Positions 34,696 to 43,400 of a stretch of 64,000 nt of DNA are shown piece after piece. Numbering within the stretch: the first letter of the stretch is position 1; each line of letters starts with the position of its first letter. The position numbers and the translations under genes were made by a program. The stretch lies in contig CAYQLT010000003.1 of assembly GCA_964418425.1 (NCBI GenBank), positions 4,513 to 68,512 of the forward strand. The letters are read 5' to 3'. This stretch comes from an uncultured Clostridia bacterium (GTDB lineage Bacteria > Bacillota > Limnochordia > Limnochordales > Geochordaceae). Below the pieces are notes generated by a model, which had not been told where the DNA came from, did no database searches, and saw only the letters and a program-made list of their open reading frames with translations.

Positions 34696-36993
34696 TCAGC
34701 GCGCCGCCCCGCCGCCAGGGGAACCGCGGCCTCTCTCCATCCGGCGCAGCTTCAATTGCAGGCTGAACGCCGCGAACAGCAGAAGCCCAACGGACACCGC
34801 CAGCCCTCGGCGCCGGAAGCGAACCTCGTCCAGCGCGGCCCGCCCGGCCGCCTCGCCCTTCGCGGCAAACTCCAGCCCCTCCCGAACCACCTTTTGAACC
34901 TCATCGGCGAAGGCGACGTGCACCGTGGTGCGGGCCAGAATCAACCGGGTGGTCGCTTCGCCCACATCCAGCCGGGCGTCGCCCACCTCCATCCCCAGCT
35001 GCTCGGCCCGGTCGAGAACCCCGTCCACCTCCGCGAGTCGCGCGCTCAGCCCGTCCAGGCCGGCTCGGATGGCTTCCGCTGCCGCCAGACCCCGAGAGCC
35101 TGGCTCGTGGCATCGCACGCAGACCGAACTCAAGCCGCTTCCCACCATCTCGTCGGTGGGCGGCACAATCTCATGCTGGCCGTGGCAGGCGATGCACTCC
35201 GGCAGCCCCTCGGCGTCAAAGGCCTTCTTGTGGGGGCCTTTCACAAACAGGTCCCGAGTGGCGCTGTGGCACTGCGCGCACACGTTGGCCACGGATTCTA
35301 CGCCGGGCGGCACCGCCCCGTGGTTGCCGTGGCAGTCGTTACAGGCCGGCGCCAACCGGCTGCCCCGCTCCAGCAAGGCCACCCCGTGGACGCTGCGGCG
35401 GTACTGTTCAAACTGGTCGGTGGGGATATCGTAGCCCTTCATGTAGATGGCGTTGGCGTGGCAGCGGGCGCAGGTGAGGGGAACGTTCAGCCGGTTCACC
35501 GGCGACTTCACATCCGCGACGGACCGCACCGGGTGAACTCCATGGCAGTTCGTACAGGTGGCCACCCGGTTGTCACCGCGGGCGAGCTGCTTTCCGTGAA
35601 CGCTGGTGCGGTACTGAGCCTCCTGGTCGGTGGGAAGCGAAGGATTGAACTTCCGCATGACATCGGGGCTGCTGTGGCAACGCCCGCAAAAGGCCGGGGT
35701 CTCCTGGCGGGAGGGAGCCCCGATGAAGCCTTCCGCCTCGCTCATCGCCTCGTCCATGTCCTCTTTCGCCGGGTTACCCCCATGGCAGTCCGCGCAGCCG
35801 AGCCCTGCGGCCACGTGGGCATCGTCCTTCATCTCGGCCACCCGGCGCTCCCACTCCTCGTCCAGCTGGGCGTGGCACTGGGAGCAGGAGTCCTGGCCTG
35901 CCGGGGCGGCCGGAGGGGATGGGGCCGCCTTTGCCTCGCGGGCCGGCAGCAGGCTCCAGAGGGTCATCATGACGACGAAGGCGACCGCCAGTGCTCCCAG
36001 CAGCGTCACCAGGGCGTGTCGGCGCTCCCGTGCGGCCCATACGTCGAGGAAGGGCACGGCGATGAGCACCAACGCCGCCAGGCCAAAGGCCACCACCCCC
36101 ACCATCTCGCCCTCCAGCCCCAGGATGTGCCCCGGCAGGAGCCTCAAGGTCTGGTACATGAAGAGGAAGTACCACTCGGGCTTGATCCCGGCGGGCGCCG
36201 GAGCCAGCGGGTCCGCCTTCTCGCCGGCCGGCCATGGGAACAGGGTGGCCAGGGCAGCCAGCGCCGCCAGAAGCACAAGCCACACGGCGGCCTCCCGCAG
36301 CAGGAAGTTGGGATAGAAAGGGATGGAACCGTGCGGGTTCGTGCCGATGGGATGGCTCATCCCGTGGATTTGAACGAGGAGCAGGTGCACTCCCAGGATC
36401 ACGGTGGTCAGGGCCGGCAGGATTGCGACGTGAATCCCGAAGAAGCGGGTCAGGGTGGCCTCGGTGACGTCGGGGCCTCCCCGAAGCAGCAAGAGCAGCC
36501 CCTTGCCCACCCACGGCACAGACCCCACGATCTCGGTGCCCACCTTGGTGGCAAAGAAGGCAAGCTTGTTCCAGGGCAGCAGGTACCCTGTAAACCCAAA
36601 CGTCAAAGTGATCAGAAACAACAGGGCCCCGCTGACCCACGTCAGCTCTCGGGGACGGCGGTACGCGCGCACGAAGAACGCGCCGGCCATGTGAACGAAG
36701 ACCCAAAACACCATCAGGTTGGCTGACCAGCTGTGGATGGAGCGGATGAGCCAGCCAAAGCGAACCCGCGACATGATGAAGGTAATGCTCTCGTACGCCG
36801 CGTCCGCAGTGGGACGGTAGTACATCAGCAGGAGAAGGCCGGTGATGACCTGGATGACAAAGAAGAAGAGGGTGATGCCGCCGAAGTAGTACACGTAGGA
36901 TAGGCGGTGCACGGGCACGCCCTTGTGGCGGAGAAACTCGCCGACGGCTCCCAGTCGAAGGCGTTCGTCGGCCCAGCGAGACGTGGAAGCCAT
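34696..36993 (-). CDS. cytochrome b (b6 + subunit IV type) fused to a nonahaem c-type cytochrome domain with a C-terminal TM anchor
   Basis: The N-part has SIHSWSANLMVFWVFVHM, FFGIHVAILP...GVHLLLVQIHG and PEWYFLFMYQTLR. The C-part has 9 CxxCH motifs (CSQCH, CADCH, CGRCH, CTNCH, CARCH, CNDCH, CAQCH, CIACH, CVRCH). It starts at ATG 36993, 14 nt after the Rieske stop. Confidence 0.85.
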   Translation of the reverse strand: MASTSRWADERLRLGAVGEFLRHKGVPVHRLSYVYYFGGITLFFFVIQVITGLLLLMYYRPTADAAYESITFIMSRVRFGWLIRSIHSWSANLMVFWVFVHMAGAFFVRAYRRPRELTWVSGALLFLITLTFGFTGYLLPWNKLAFFATKVGTEIVGSVPWVGKGLLLLLRGGPDVTEATLTRFFGIHVAILPALTTVILGVHLLLVQIHGMSHPIGTNPHGSIPFYPNFLLREAAVWLVLLAALAALATLFPWPAGEKADPLAPAPAGIKPEWYFLFMYQTLRLLPGHILGLEGEMVGVVAFGLAALVLIAVPFLDVWAARERRHALVTLLGALAVAFVVMMTLWSLLPAREAKAAPSPPAAPAGQDSCSQCHAQLDEEWERRVAEMKDDAHVAAGLGCADCHGGNPAKEDMDEAMSEAEGFIGAPSRQETPAFCGRCHSSPDVMRKFNPSLPTDQEAQYRTSVHGKQLARGDNRVATCTNCHGVHPVRSVADVKSPVNRLNVPLTCARCHANAIYMKGYDIPTDQFEQYRRSVHGVALLERGSRLAPACNDCHGNHGAVPPGVESVANVCAQCHSATRDLFVKGPHKKAFDAEGLPECIACHGQHEIVPPTDEMVGSGLSSVCVRCHEPGSRGLAAAEAIRAGLDGLSARLAEVDGVLDRAEQLGMEVGDARLDVGEATTRLILARTTVHVAFADEVQKVVREGLEFAAKGEAAGRAALDEVRFRRRGLAVSVGLLLFAAFSLQLKLRRMERGRGSPGGGAAR

Positions 36994-37007
36994 CTCCCGT
37001 CCCCCCG

Positions 37008-37481
37008 CTACGAAGGCCTGCTCACGATGACCTCCTGGCCCTTCAAAGTGACGACGTACTCGGGAAGCGGCCTGGGGGGCGGACCGGCGAGCACCTGCCC
37101 GTTGAGGTCGTAATGGCCGTCGTGACAGGCGCACCAGATGTGGCCCAGGTCAGCCCGGTACTGCACCGTGCACCCCAAGTGGGTGCAGACCGCCGAAAAG
37201 GCCCGGTACGCGCCGGTCGGCGTGCGCACCAGGATCGCCGGGCGCCCGCCGAAGTTAAAGATCTTCCCGGAGCCGGAGGGAAGCTCGTCGACCCGGGCTG
37301 CCACCACGCTGCCCGCCGCCACTTCCTTCACGGGCGGCGGAACGAAGTAGTGCATGACCGGGTAAAGCACCGAACCCCCGAGGCCCACCAGGCTGCCGGC
37401 CACCAGGTAGTCCACCACGTCCCGCCGGGGCACCTCCGGGCCCTCCTTCTCCGGATGCCCCTTCTTGCTCTCCTCGGCCAT
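37008..37481 (-). CDS. Rieske [2Fe-2S] subunit of a Rieske/cytochrome b complex
   Basis: 157 aa with a TM anchor and the two cluster boxes CTHLGC and CACHDGHY. Confidence 0.9.
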   Translation of the reverse strand: MAEESKKGHPEKEGPEVPRRDVVDYLVAGSLVGLGGSVLYPVMHYFVPPPVKEVAAGSVVAARVDELPSGSGKIFNFGGRPAILVRTPTGAYRAFSAVCTHLGCTVQYRADLGHIWCACHDGHYDLNGQVLAGPPPRPLPEYVVTLKGQEVIVSRPS

Positions 37482-37746
37482 CTCTGGTCCCCCCGGCCCG
37501 TGCCTGCGGTCCAGACCCTAGGGTCTGCGGCCCCATTCTAGGGGCCAACCGTCCAGGGCTGGTAGAGACGATCCACCGCTGCTCCGGGGCCGTTTGTCCG
37601 GGACAAGGCGCTCCCGCCCGCAGGCGCGCCCGGCTCGCCACCGACGCCCGCAGGCGCTGGCGCCGCTTGACGCCCTCGATACGGCGCTGGTACAAGAAGG
37701 ATCAGCGCCCTCGAGCAAACTCCCGTGGAAGGGCTGGTGCACCCAG

Positions 37747-39315
37747 ATGGCAAAGGCGCGGGCTGTCAGACTGGTAGCGGCAGCCGCTGTTGTGATGCTG
37801 TCGGCCGCAATGCCCGCGGCCGTCCAGGCGGGACCGGCGCGAACTTTCAGCATCGCGGTGGGCATCGACGCCGACACCCTGGACCCGGCGGGCCAGACCA
37901 CCACCACCGTCGCCAACATGGTGGACTACATGTTCGAGACCCTGGTTGCGATGGACTGGGAGTCCGGCAAGGTGGTTCCCAGGTTGGCCACGAGCTGGGA
38001 AGTCTCCCCGGACGGGCTTGCGTACACGTTCCGCCTGCGCCAGGGAGTCCGCTTTCAGGACGGGACGCCCTTCGACGCCCGGGCGGTCAAGTTCACCTTC
38101 GAGCGCCTGCTCAACCCCGATACCCGGGTTCCCATCCGGTACGTGTACGCCGCCATCGACTCGGTGGAGGCCCTCGATCCGTACACTGTGCGCCTTCGGC
38201 TGAAGAACCCCTCGGGTTTTTTGTTGGGGGCCCTGACCTACACGGTTGCGGCCATCGTCTCGCCCGAGGAAGTGCAGCGCATCGGATCGGCCAACCTGCG
38301 GCTCAACCCGGGGCGCGCGGGCACCGGCCCCTACCGCTTCGTCGAGTGGGTGCACGGCGACCACATCACTGTCGAGCGAAACCCGGACTATTGGGGAGAC
38401 AAGCCGGCCTATGACCGGGTGGTCTTCCGGGTGATGCCGGACGCCGGCGCCCGGGAGGCCGCCCTTTTGGCCGGAGACGTGCAGATGGCGGTGCTGCCTC
38501 CGGCGCCCGATGTGCCGGCCCTGCAGCGCAACCCGCGGGTGCAGGTCGTGGCAGCGCCGACGGTTCGGGAGATCTTCCTGGCCCTCAACAACCAGCGCAA
38601 GCCCTTTGACGACGTGAGGGTTCGCCAGGCCGTCAACTACGCCCTGGATAAGCAGACCCTCATCAACCAGGTGTTGTTCGGCCTGGCCTCGGTTCTGGAT
38701 GCCCCGACGACACCCTTCCTGTTCGGCTACCGGCGCCAGCAGGAGGGCGGGTGGCCGTATGACCCGCAGAAGGCGCGCCAGCTCCTGGCCGAGGCGGGCT
38801 ACCCCAACGGGTTTGAGGCGGACCTGCTGACGCCCAACGGGCGTTACATCCAGGACTACCAGTTCGCCCAGGCCATCGCCGCGCAGCTCAGCCGGGTGGG
38901 CATCCGGGCCAGGGTGCGTACGGCGGACTGGCCGACCTTCGTATCCGAGGTGGTCAAGCCGCTGGAGCAGACCTCCATCCACATGCTGGTTCTGGGGTGG
39001 GCCACGCCGTACCCGGACGCGGATGGGGAGCTTTACGGGCAGTTCCACTCGTCCCAGTGGCCGCCCCGGGGGCTGGCGCCGGCCTTCTACCGCAACGAGA
39101 GGGTGGACGCCCTGCTGGATGAGGCGCGCCGGCTCGCCGACCAGGAGCGGCGCCGGGCTTTGTACGCGGAGGCTCAGCGGCTCATCTGGGAAGATGCGCC
39201 GTGGGCCTGGCTGTGGAGCCAGAAGTTTTACGTGGCCGTGGACGCCGAGGTGGAGGGGGTGCGGATCACCCCGGACGAAAAGTGGGACGCCATTTACGCC
39301 AGGCCACGCCGGTAG
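37747..39315 (+). CDS. ABC substrate-binding protein, family 5 (peptide/nickel, DppA/OppA-like)
   Basis: Start at MAKARAVRLVAAAAVVMLSAAMPAAVQA. Motifs are IAVGIDADTLDP, RFQDGTPFDA, ERNPDYWG and typical family-5 length. Confidence 0.85.
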   Translation: MAKARAVRLVAAAAVVMLSAAMPAAVQAGPARTFSIAVGIDADTLDPAGQTTTTVANMVDYMFETLVAMDWESGKVVPRLATSWEVSPDGLAYTFRLRQGVRFQDGTPFDARAVKFTFERLLNPDTRVPIRYVYAAIDSVEALDPYTVRLRLKNPSGFLLGALTYTVAAIVSPEEVQRIGSANLRLNPGRAGTGPYRFVEWVHGDHITVERNPDYWGDKPAYDRVVFRVMPDAGAREAALLAGDVQMAVLPPAPDVPALQRNPRVQVVAAPTVREIFLALNNQRKPFDDVRVRQAVNYALDKQTLINQVLFGLASVLDAPTTPFLFGYRRQQEGGWPYDPQKARQLLAEAGYPNGFEADLLTPNGRYIQDYQFAQAIAAQLSRVGIRARVRTADWPTFVSEVVKPLEQTSIHMLVLGWATPYPDADGELYGQFHSSQWPPRGLAPAFYRNERVDALLDEARRLADQERRRALYAEAQRLIWEDAPWAWLWSQKFYVAVDAEVEGVRITPDEKWDAIYARPRR

Positions 39316-39376
39316 GCGGATAGGGGACGGCCCTGCCAGGAGCGGGTGGGGCGGGGGTGGACGGAGGCGGGCTCCG

Positions 39377-40312
39377 ATGACGCGGATGGGTGTCGGCGAG
39401 TACGTCCTGCGCCGCCTGATCCTCATGGTGCCGACGCTCTTTGGGGTCTCCCTGGCGGCGTTCGCCATCGTGCGGGCGGCCCCGGGGGACCCCGCCCGCA
39501 TCCTCGCGGGGATGCTGGCCAGCGCCGAGGAGGTGGAGCGGCTGCGCCGGGAGCTGGGGCTCCACCTGGTGCTCCCGGTCCAGTACGTGCGCTACCTGAG
39601 GCGGCTTTTGGTGGGGGACCTGGGGGCCAGCATGGAGACGGGGGCTCCGGTGCTGCATGAGATCGGGCTGCGCCTGGGCCCCACTGTGCTCCTGGCGGTG
39701 GTGGCCACGGCCATCGCCACGCTCTTCGGCGTGCTCGCGGGGGTGCTGGCGGCCACCCGGCGGCGGACCGGGTGGGATTATGCGGCCATGATGGTGGCCC
39801 TGTTCGGCGTATCCGTCCCCGTCTTCTGGCTGGGGCTCATGCTCATCCTGGTGTTTGCGGTGCGCCTGCAGTGGCTGCCAGCCGGGGGCTTCCGCTCGCC
39901 CCAGGGACTCATTCTGCCCGCCATCACTCTGGCCGCCTTCTCCCAGGCCGTCATCGCCCGGATGACCCGCTCCAGCCTGCTCGAGGTTCTCGGGCAAGAT
40001 TACGTGCGCACCGCCCGAGCCAAGGGGGTGCCCGGCAGGCGCGTCGTGTGGCGCCATGCGCTGCGAAACGCGCTGGTGCCGGTGGTGACGGTGGTGGGCC
40101 TGCAGTTCGGGACCCTGCTTGGGGGTTCCGTGCTGACGGAGACCACCTTCGCCTGGCCCGGCATGGGGCGCCTTTTGGTGCGGGCCATCGCCGCCCGGGA
40201 CTACACCGTCATCCAGGGGGCGGTGCTGGTGTTCGCCCTGATGTTCATGGTGGTCAATCTGGTGGTGGACCTGCTGTACGCGGTCATCGACCCCCGGGTT
40301 CGCTACGGATAA
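39377..40312 (+). CDS. ABC peptide/nickel permease (DppB-like)
   Basis: YVLRRLILMVPTLFGVSLAAFAIVRAAPGDP is the canonical DppB/OppB N-terminus, and EAA loop DYVRTARAKG is present. Confidence 0.9.
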   Translation: MTRMGVGEYVLRRLILMVPTLFGVSLAAFAIVRAAPGDPARILAGMLASAEEVERLRRELGLHLVLPVQYVRYLRRLLVGDLGASMETGAPVLHEIGLRLGPTVLLAVVATAIATLFGVLAGVLAATRRRTGWDYAAMMVALFGVSVPVFWLGLMLILVFAVRLQWLPAGGFRSPQGLILPAITLAAFSQAVIARMTRSSLLEVLGQDYVRTARAKGVPGRRVVWRHALRNALVPVVTVVGLQFGTLLGGSVLTETTFAWPGMGRLLVRAIAARDYTVIQGAVLVFALMFMVVNLVVDLLYAVIDPRVRYG

Positions 40313-40358
40313 GGTACGGGCCCGCGGCGCAGGAGGGGACGCGAAGGGGCGGCGGGGC

Positions 40359-41267
40359 GTGGCGGACGTGGAGGCGGTACTTCGGCGGACGGCGCAGCTG
40401 CAGGAGGCGGCAGAGCGCGCTCCGGCCAGGGGCGGGCGCTGGGTCGCCAGGCAGCTGGTCGCCCACCGCGGCGCCCTGATGGGCCTGATTTTGGTGGCCG
40501 CCACGGTGGCGGCCTCGGCCGCGGCGCCCCTCATCGTCCCGTACGACCCCGTGGAGGCGGACTTCACGGCCATCTTGCGACCGCCGGGGCTACCCCACCT
40601 GCTCGGGACCGACCAGCTGGGCCGTGACATCTTGAGCCGGGTCGTGTACGGCGCCCGGCTGTCTTTGGTGATGAGCGCGGCGGCCGTCGCGCTCAGCGTG
40701 CTTGCCGGGGTGCCTGTGGGGCTTGTCTGCGCCTACTACGGAGGCTGGCTGGACTCCCTGGTTCAGCGCCTCGTGGACATCCTGCTGGCCTTTCCCGGGT
40801 TTTTGCTGGCGTTGGTGTTCATCGCGGTGCTGGGCGTGGGCGAAACCAATGTGGTGGCGGCCGTGGGGCTCGCCGGCGTGCCGGTGTACGTGCGGCTGGT
40901 GCGAGGCGTCGTGCTGGTCGTTCGGGAGGATCTGTACGTGGAGGCCGCCCGGGCGCTGGGCGTGCCGGACGGGCGGGTACTGTGGCGGCACGTGCTGCCC
41001 AACGCCGTGATGCCGGTGATCGTGCAGTCCACCCTGCAGCTGGGGACGGCGCTCTTGACGGCGGCGGGGCTGGGGTATCTCGGGCTGGGCGTGCGCCCGC
41101 CCACGCCCGAGTGGGGCGCGATGATCGGGGAAGCCCAGAGCTACGTCTTCTCGGCCTGGTGGATGTCGGTCTTTCCCGGCCTGGCCATCTTCTGTACGGT
41201 GATGGCCTTCAACCTCATCGGGGACGGCCTGCGGGACGGCCTGGATCCCCGCACCTCGGTCGGGTGA
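40359..41267 (+). CDS. ABC peptide/nickel permease (DppC-like)
   Basis: PPGLPHLLGTDQLGRDILSRVVYGAR is the DppC/OppC N-terminal signature, and EAARALGVP is the EAA loop. Confidence 0.9.
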   Translation: MADVEAVLRRTAQLQEAAERAPARGGRWVARQLVAHRGALMGLILVAATVAASAAAPLIVPYDPVEADFTAILRPPGLPHLLGTDQLGRDILSRVVYGARLSLVMSAAAVALSVLAGVPVGLVCAYYGGWLDSLVQRLVDILLAFPGFLLALVFIAVLGVGETNVVAAVGLAGVPVYVRLVRGVVLVVREDLYVEAARALGVPDGRVLWRHVLPNAVMPVIVQSTLQLGTALLTAAGLGYLGLGVRPPTPEWGAMIGEAQSYVFSAWWMSVFPGLAIFCTVMAFNLIGDGLRDGLDPRTSVG

Positions 41268-41462
41268 GGTAGCAGCCGCCCCCGCACCCGGGCGCGACCG
41301 GCCGCCCCCGGCGGTGGTAGAGGCTCTCCCCGACTCTCGTCAGGCCTCAGCTTGGCCGCCAGACCGGTGTAAGAGATCATCCTCAGCCAGAGCCTCAGGC
41401 CGGTCATCGCTGCTTGGACCTCCGAGAAACCCGCCTACGAGGTGACAGTAGAAGGGTAGCTG

Positions 41463-41675
41463 GTGGAACTCCAGATCGTCCCGAAATTGCACTTCAAAGT
41501 GCTGTCCGTGGATGATGAACGGCTTGTCGAGGCGGAATTCAAGGAGGGAATCGAGCCGTCCCTCATCGCATGTATGGGCCAAATGGTTAGGGTATACCTA
41601 CAGTTACTGGCCGAGCGCGGCCGGCTCCAGACGCAGCAGGGCCAGCCACCCTTTCGGACGGGTCGCGCCCGGTAG
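41463..41675 (+). CDS. hypothetical small protein (ambiguous with the antisense ORF 41340..41582)
   Basis: It lies in a locally AT-richer patch. GTG start with GAAGGG upstream, and the same orientation as the flanking genes. Third-position GC does not discriminate it from the antisense ORF. Confidence 0.2.
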   Translation: MELQIVPKLHFKVLSVDDERLVEAEFKEGIEPSLIACMGQMVRVYLQLLAERGRLQTQQGQPPFRTGRAR

Positions 41676-41708
41676 AGGGCAGGGGTCCGCGCACGGTGAC
41701 GCAGAAGA

Positions 41709-43391
41709 ATGGCCAGCGGGGCAAGGCGGGTCGGCCGGAGGGAGACGGCGGCCGTGAGGTTCCAGGCGTACGCCTACGGGCGTAATCACTTCACGCTCGA
41801 CGCAGACCTGCAGACGGTCTTGCGGCGCTACTGGCCGCAAGCCGACCAGCATTGGGACGAATTAGTGCGCTGGGGGGAGCTGACGGGCGGGGAAGCGTAC
41901 CGGGTGGCGTACCACGTGGATCAGGAGAGCCCGCCGGTGCTGGTGATGCACGACCTGGACGGCAACCGGGTGGACCGGGTGCGCCTTTCGCCGGCCCAGG
42001 AGAGCTTGCTCGGCAAGCTTGCCCCGCTCATGCGCCCGCCATACGAGGGAGGGAGCTGGCACCACCACTACGCGCTGGGCTATCTTCTCGGAGACCCCGG
42101 GCTGTACTGCATCCTCACCATCACCCAGCAGGTGGTCTACGCCATACACAAGTACGCTCCCGAGCACGCCGCCTGGAAAGAGCCGCTCTTGCGTGGCGAG
42201 GCGTGGGGCGCCACCTGGATGACCGAGATCCAGGGCGGGAGCGACCTGGGCGCCAACCGCACGGTGGCCCGGCCGGACGGGGAGCTATGGCGGTTGTACG
42301 GCGGGGACAAGTACTTCGCCAGCGGCGCCGGGCTGGCGGATGTGGCGCTGGTGACGGCGCGGCCCGAGGGGGCGCCGCCCGGCACCAAGGGGCTCGCCCT
42401 CTTCCTGGTGCCCCGGTTGCGCCGGGACGGTTCGCTGAACTACCGGGTGCGGCGGCTGAAGGACAAAAGCGCCACCCGGGCGGTTCCGTCCGGCGAGGTG
42501 GAGCTGGAGGGGTCGGAGGCGTACCTGGTGGGCAGGGCCGAGGAGGGCGTCTATTACACCCTGGAGGTTCTGACCTCGTCGAGGCTGGCCAACGCGGTGG
42601 GGGCCATGGGCATCGCCGCCAAGGCGCATCTGGAGACGCGCTTTCGAGCAGAGCACCGAACCGCCTTCGGAAAGCGCCTGGTGGAACTGCCGCTTTTGCG
42701 GCGCGACCTGACAGACCTGGCGGTGCGCCACGCCGGGGGTCTCGCGCTGGCATTTCGGGCGGTGGATGCCTTCGAGCGGGCCTGGCAGGATCGCCCGCCG
42801 TACGGCCCGGCCTATCATTATGCCCGCTTTCTCGCCCACCTGGCCAAAAACCGCACCGCCGAGCACGCAGCCGAGATGACCCGGATGGCCATGGAGCTGT
42901 TTGGTGGGCTGGGGTTCTTGGAGGAGTACGCCGTAGCCCGCTGGCACCGGGAGGCGCTCATCACCCCCATCTGGGAGGGAACGAGCAACATCCAGGCCCT
43001 GGACATGCTGGAGGCGATGGCCAAGAAGCGAGCCCACGAAGCCTTCCTCGACGAATTCGTGCCGCTTTTGGAACGCTCGGGCACGCCGGAGGCGGACGAG
43101 GCGCGGCGGCTCATGGAGGGCGAACTCGGCCGCCTGGCCGGGCTCGAGCCGGACGAGGCGCAGTGGTTTGCGAAACACGCGCTCACCCGCCTTGCGGATG
43201 CGGCGCAGGTGGCGCTGCTGCTGGACCTGGCCGATGTGGGCGGCGAGCGCTACGCCAAGCTGGCTGCCCTGTACGCCAGGCGGTTCCTGCGGGGCGAAGA
43301 GTACCCGGTCTGGGCGATGTCGGATCCGGACATCGTGACGCCCGCCGGGGAGGAGGCAGCCGTCGCTCGGGCCACCGCGAAGCCCGGGTGA
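41709..43391 (+). CDS. acyl-CoA dehydrogenase family protein (AidB-like)
   Basis: WGATWMTEIQGGSDLGAN, GDKYFASGAG, FLVPR and IWEGTSNIQALD. The 560-aa length fits the AidB subgroup. Confidence 0.85.
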   Translation: MASGARRVGRRETAAVRFQAYAYGRNHFTLDADLQTVLRRYWPQADQHWDELVRWGELTGGEAYRVAYHVDQESPPVLVMHDLDGNRVDRVRLSPAQESLLGKLAPLMRPPYEGGSWHHHYALGYLLGDPGLYCILTITQQVVYAIHKYAPEHAAWKEPLLRGEAWGATWMTEIQGGSDLGANRTVARPDGELWRLYGGDKYFASGAGLADVALVTARPEGAPPGTKGLALFLVPRLRRDGSLNYRVRRLKDKSATRAVPSGEVELEGSEAYLVGRAEEGVYYTLEVLTSSRLANAVGAMGIAAKAHLETRFRAEHRTAFGKRLVELPLLRRDLTDLAVRHAGGLALAFRAVDAFERAWQDRPPYGPAYHYARFLAHLAKNRTAEHAAEMTRMAMELFGGLGFLEEYAVARWHREALITPIWEGTSNIQALDMLEAMAKKRAHEAFLDEFVPLLERSGTPEADEARRLMEGELGRLAGLEPDEAQWFAKHALTRLADAAQVALLLDLADVGGERYAKLAALYARRFLRGEEYPVWAMSDPDIVTPAGEEAAVARATAKPG

Positions 43392-43400
43392 GGCGCGCCG

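Noticed and set aside
41340-41582. 80-aa minus-strand ORF as a confident gene
   Set aside because: It cannot be distinguished from the overlapping plus-strand ORF by composition and has no recognisable motif. It would also be an isolated antisense gene between two plus-strand genes. The ambiguity is reported as a finding instead.
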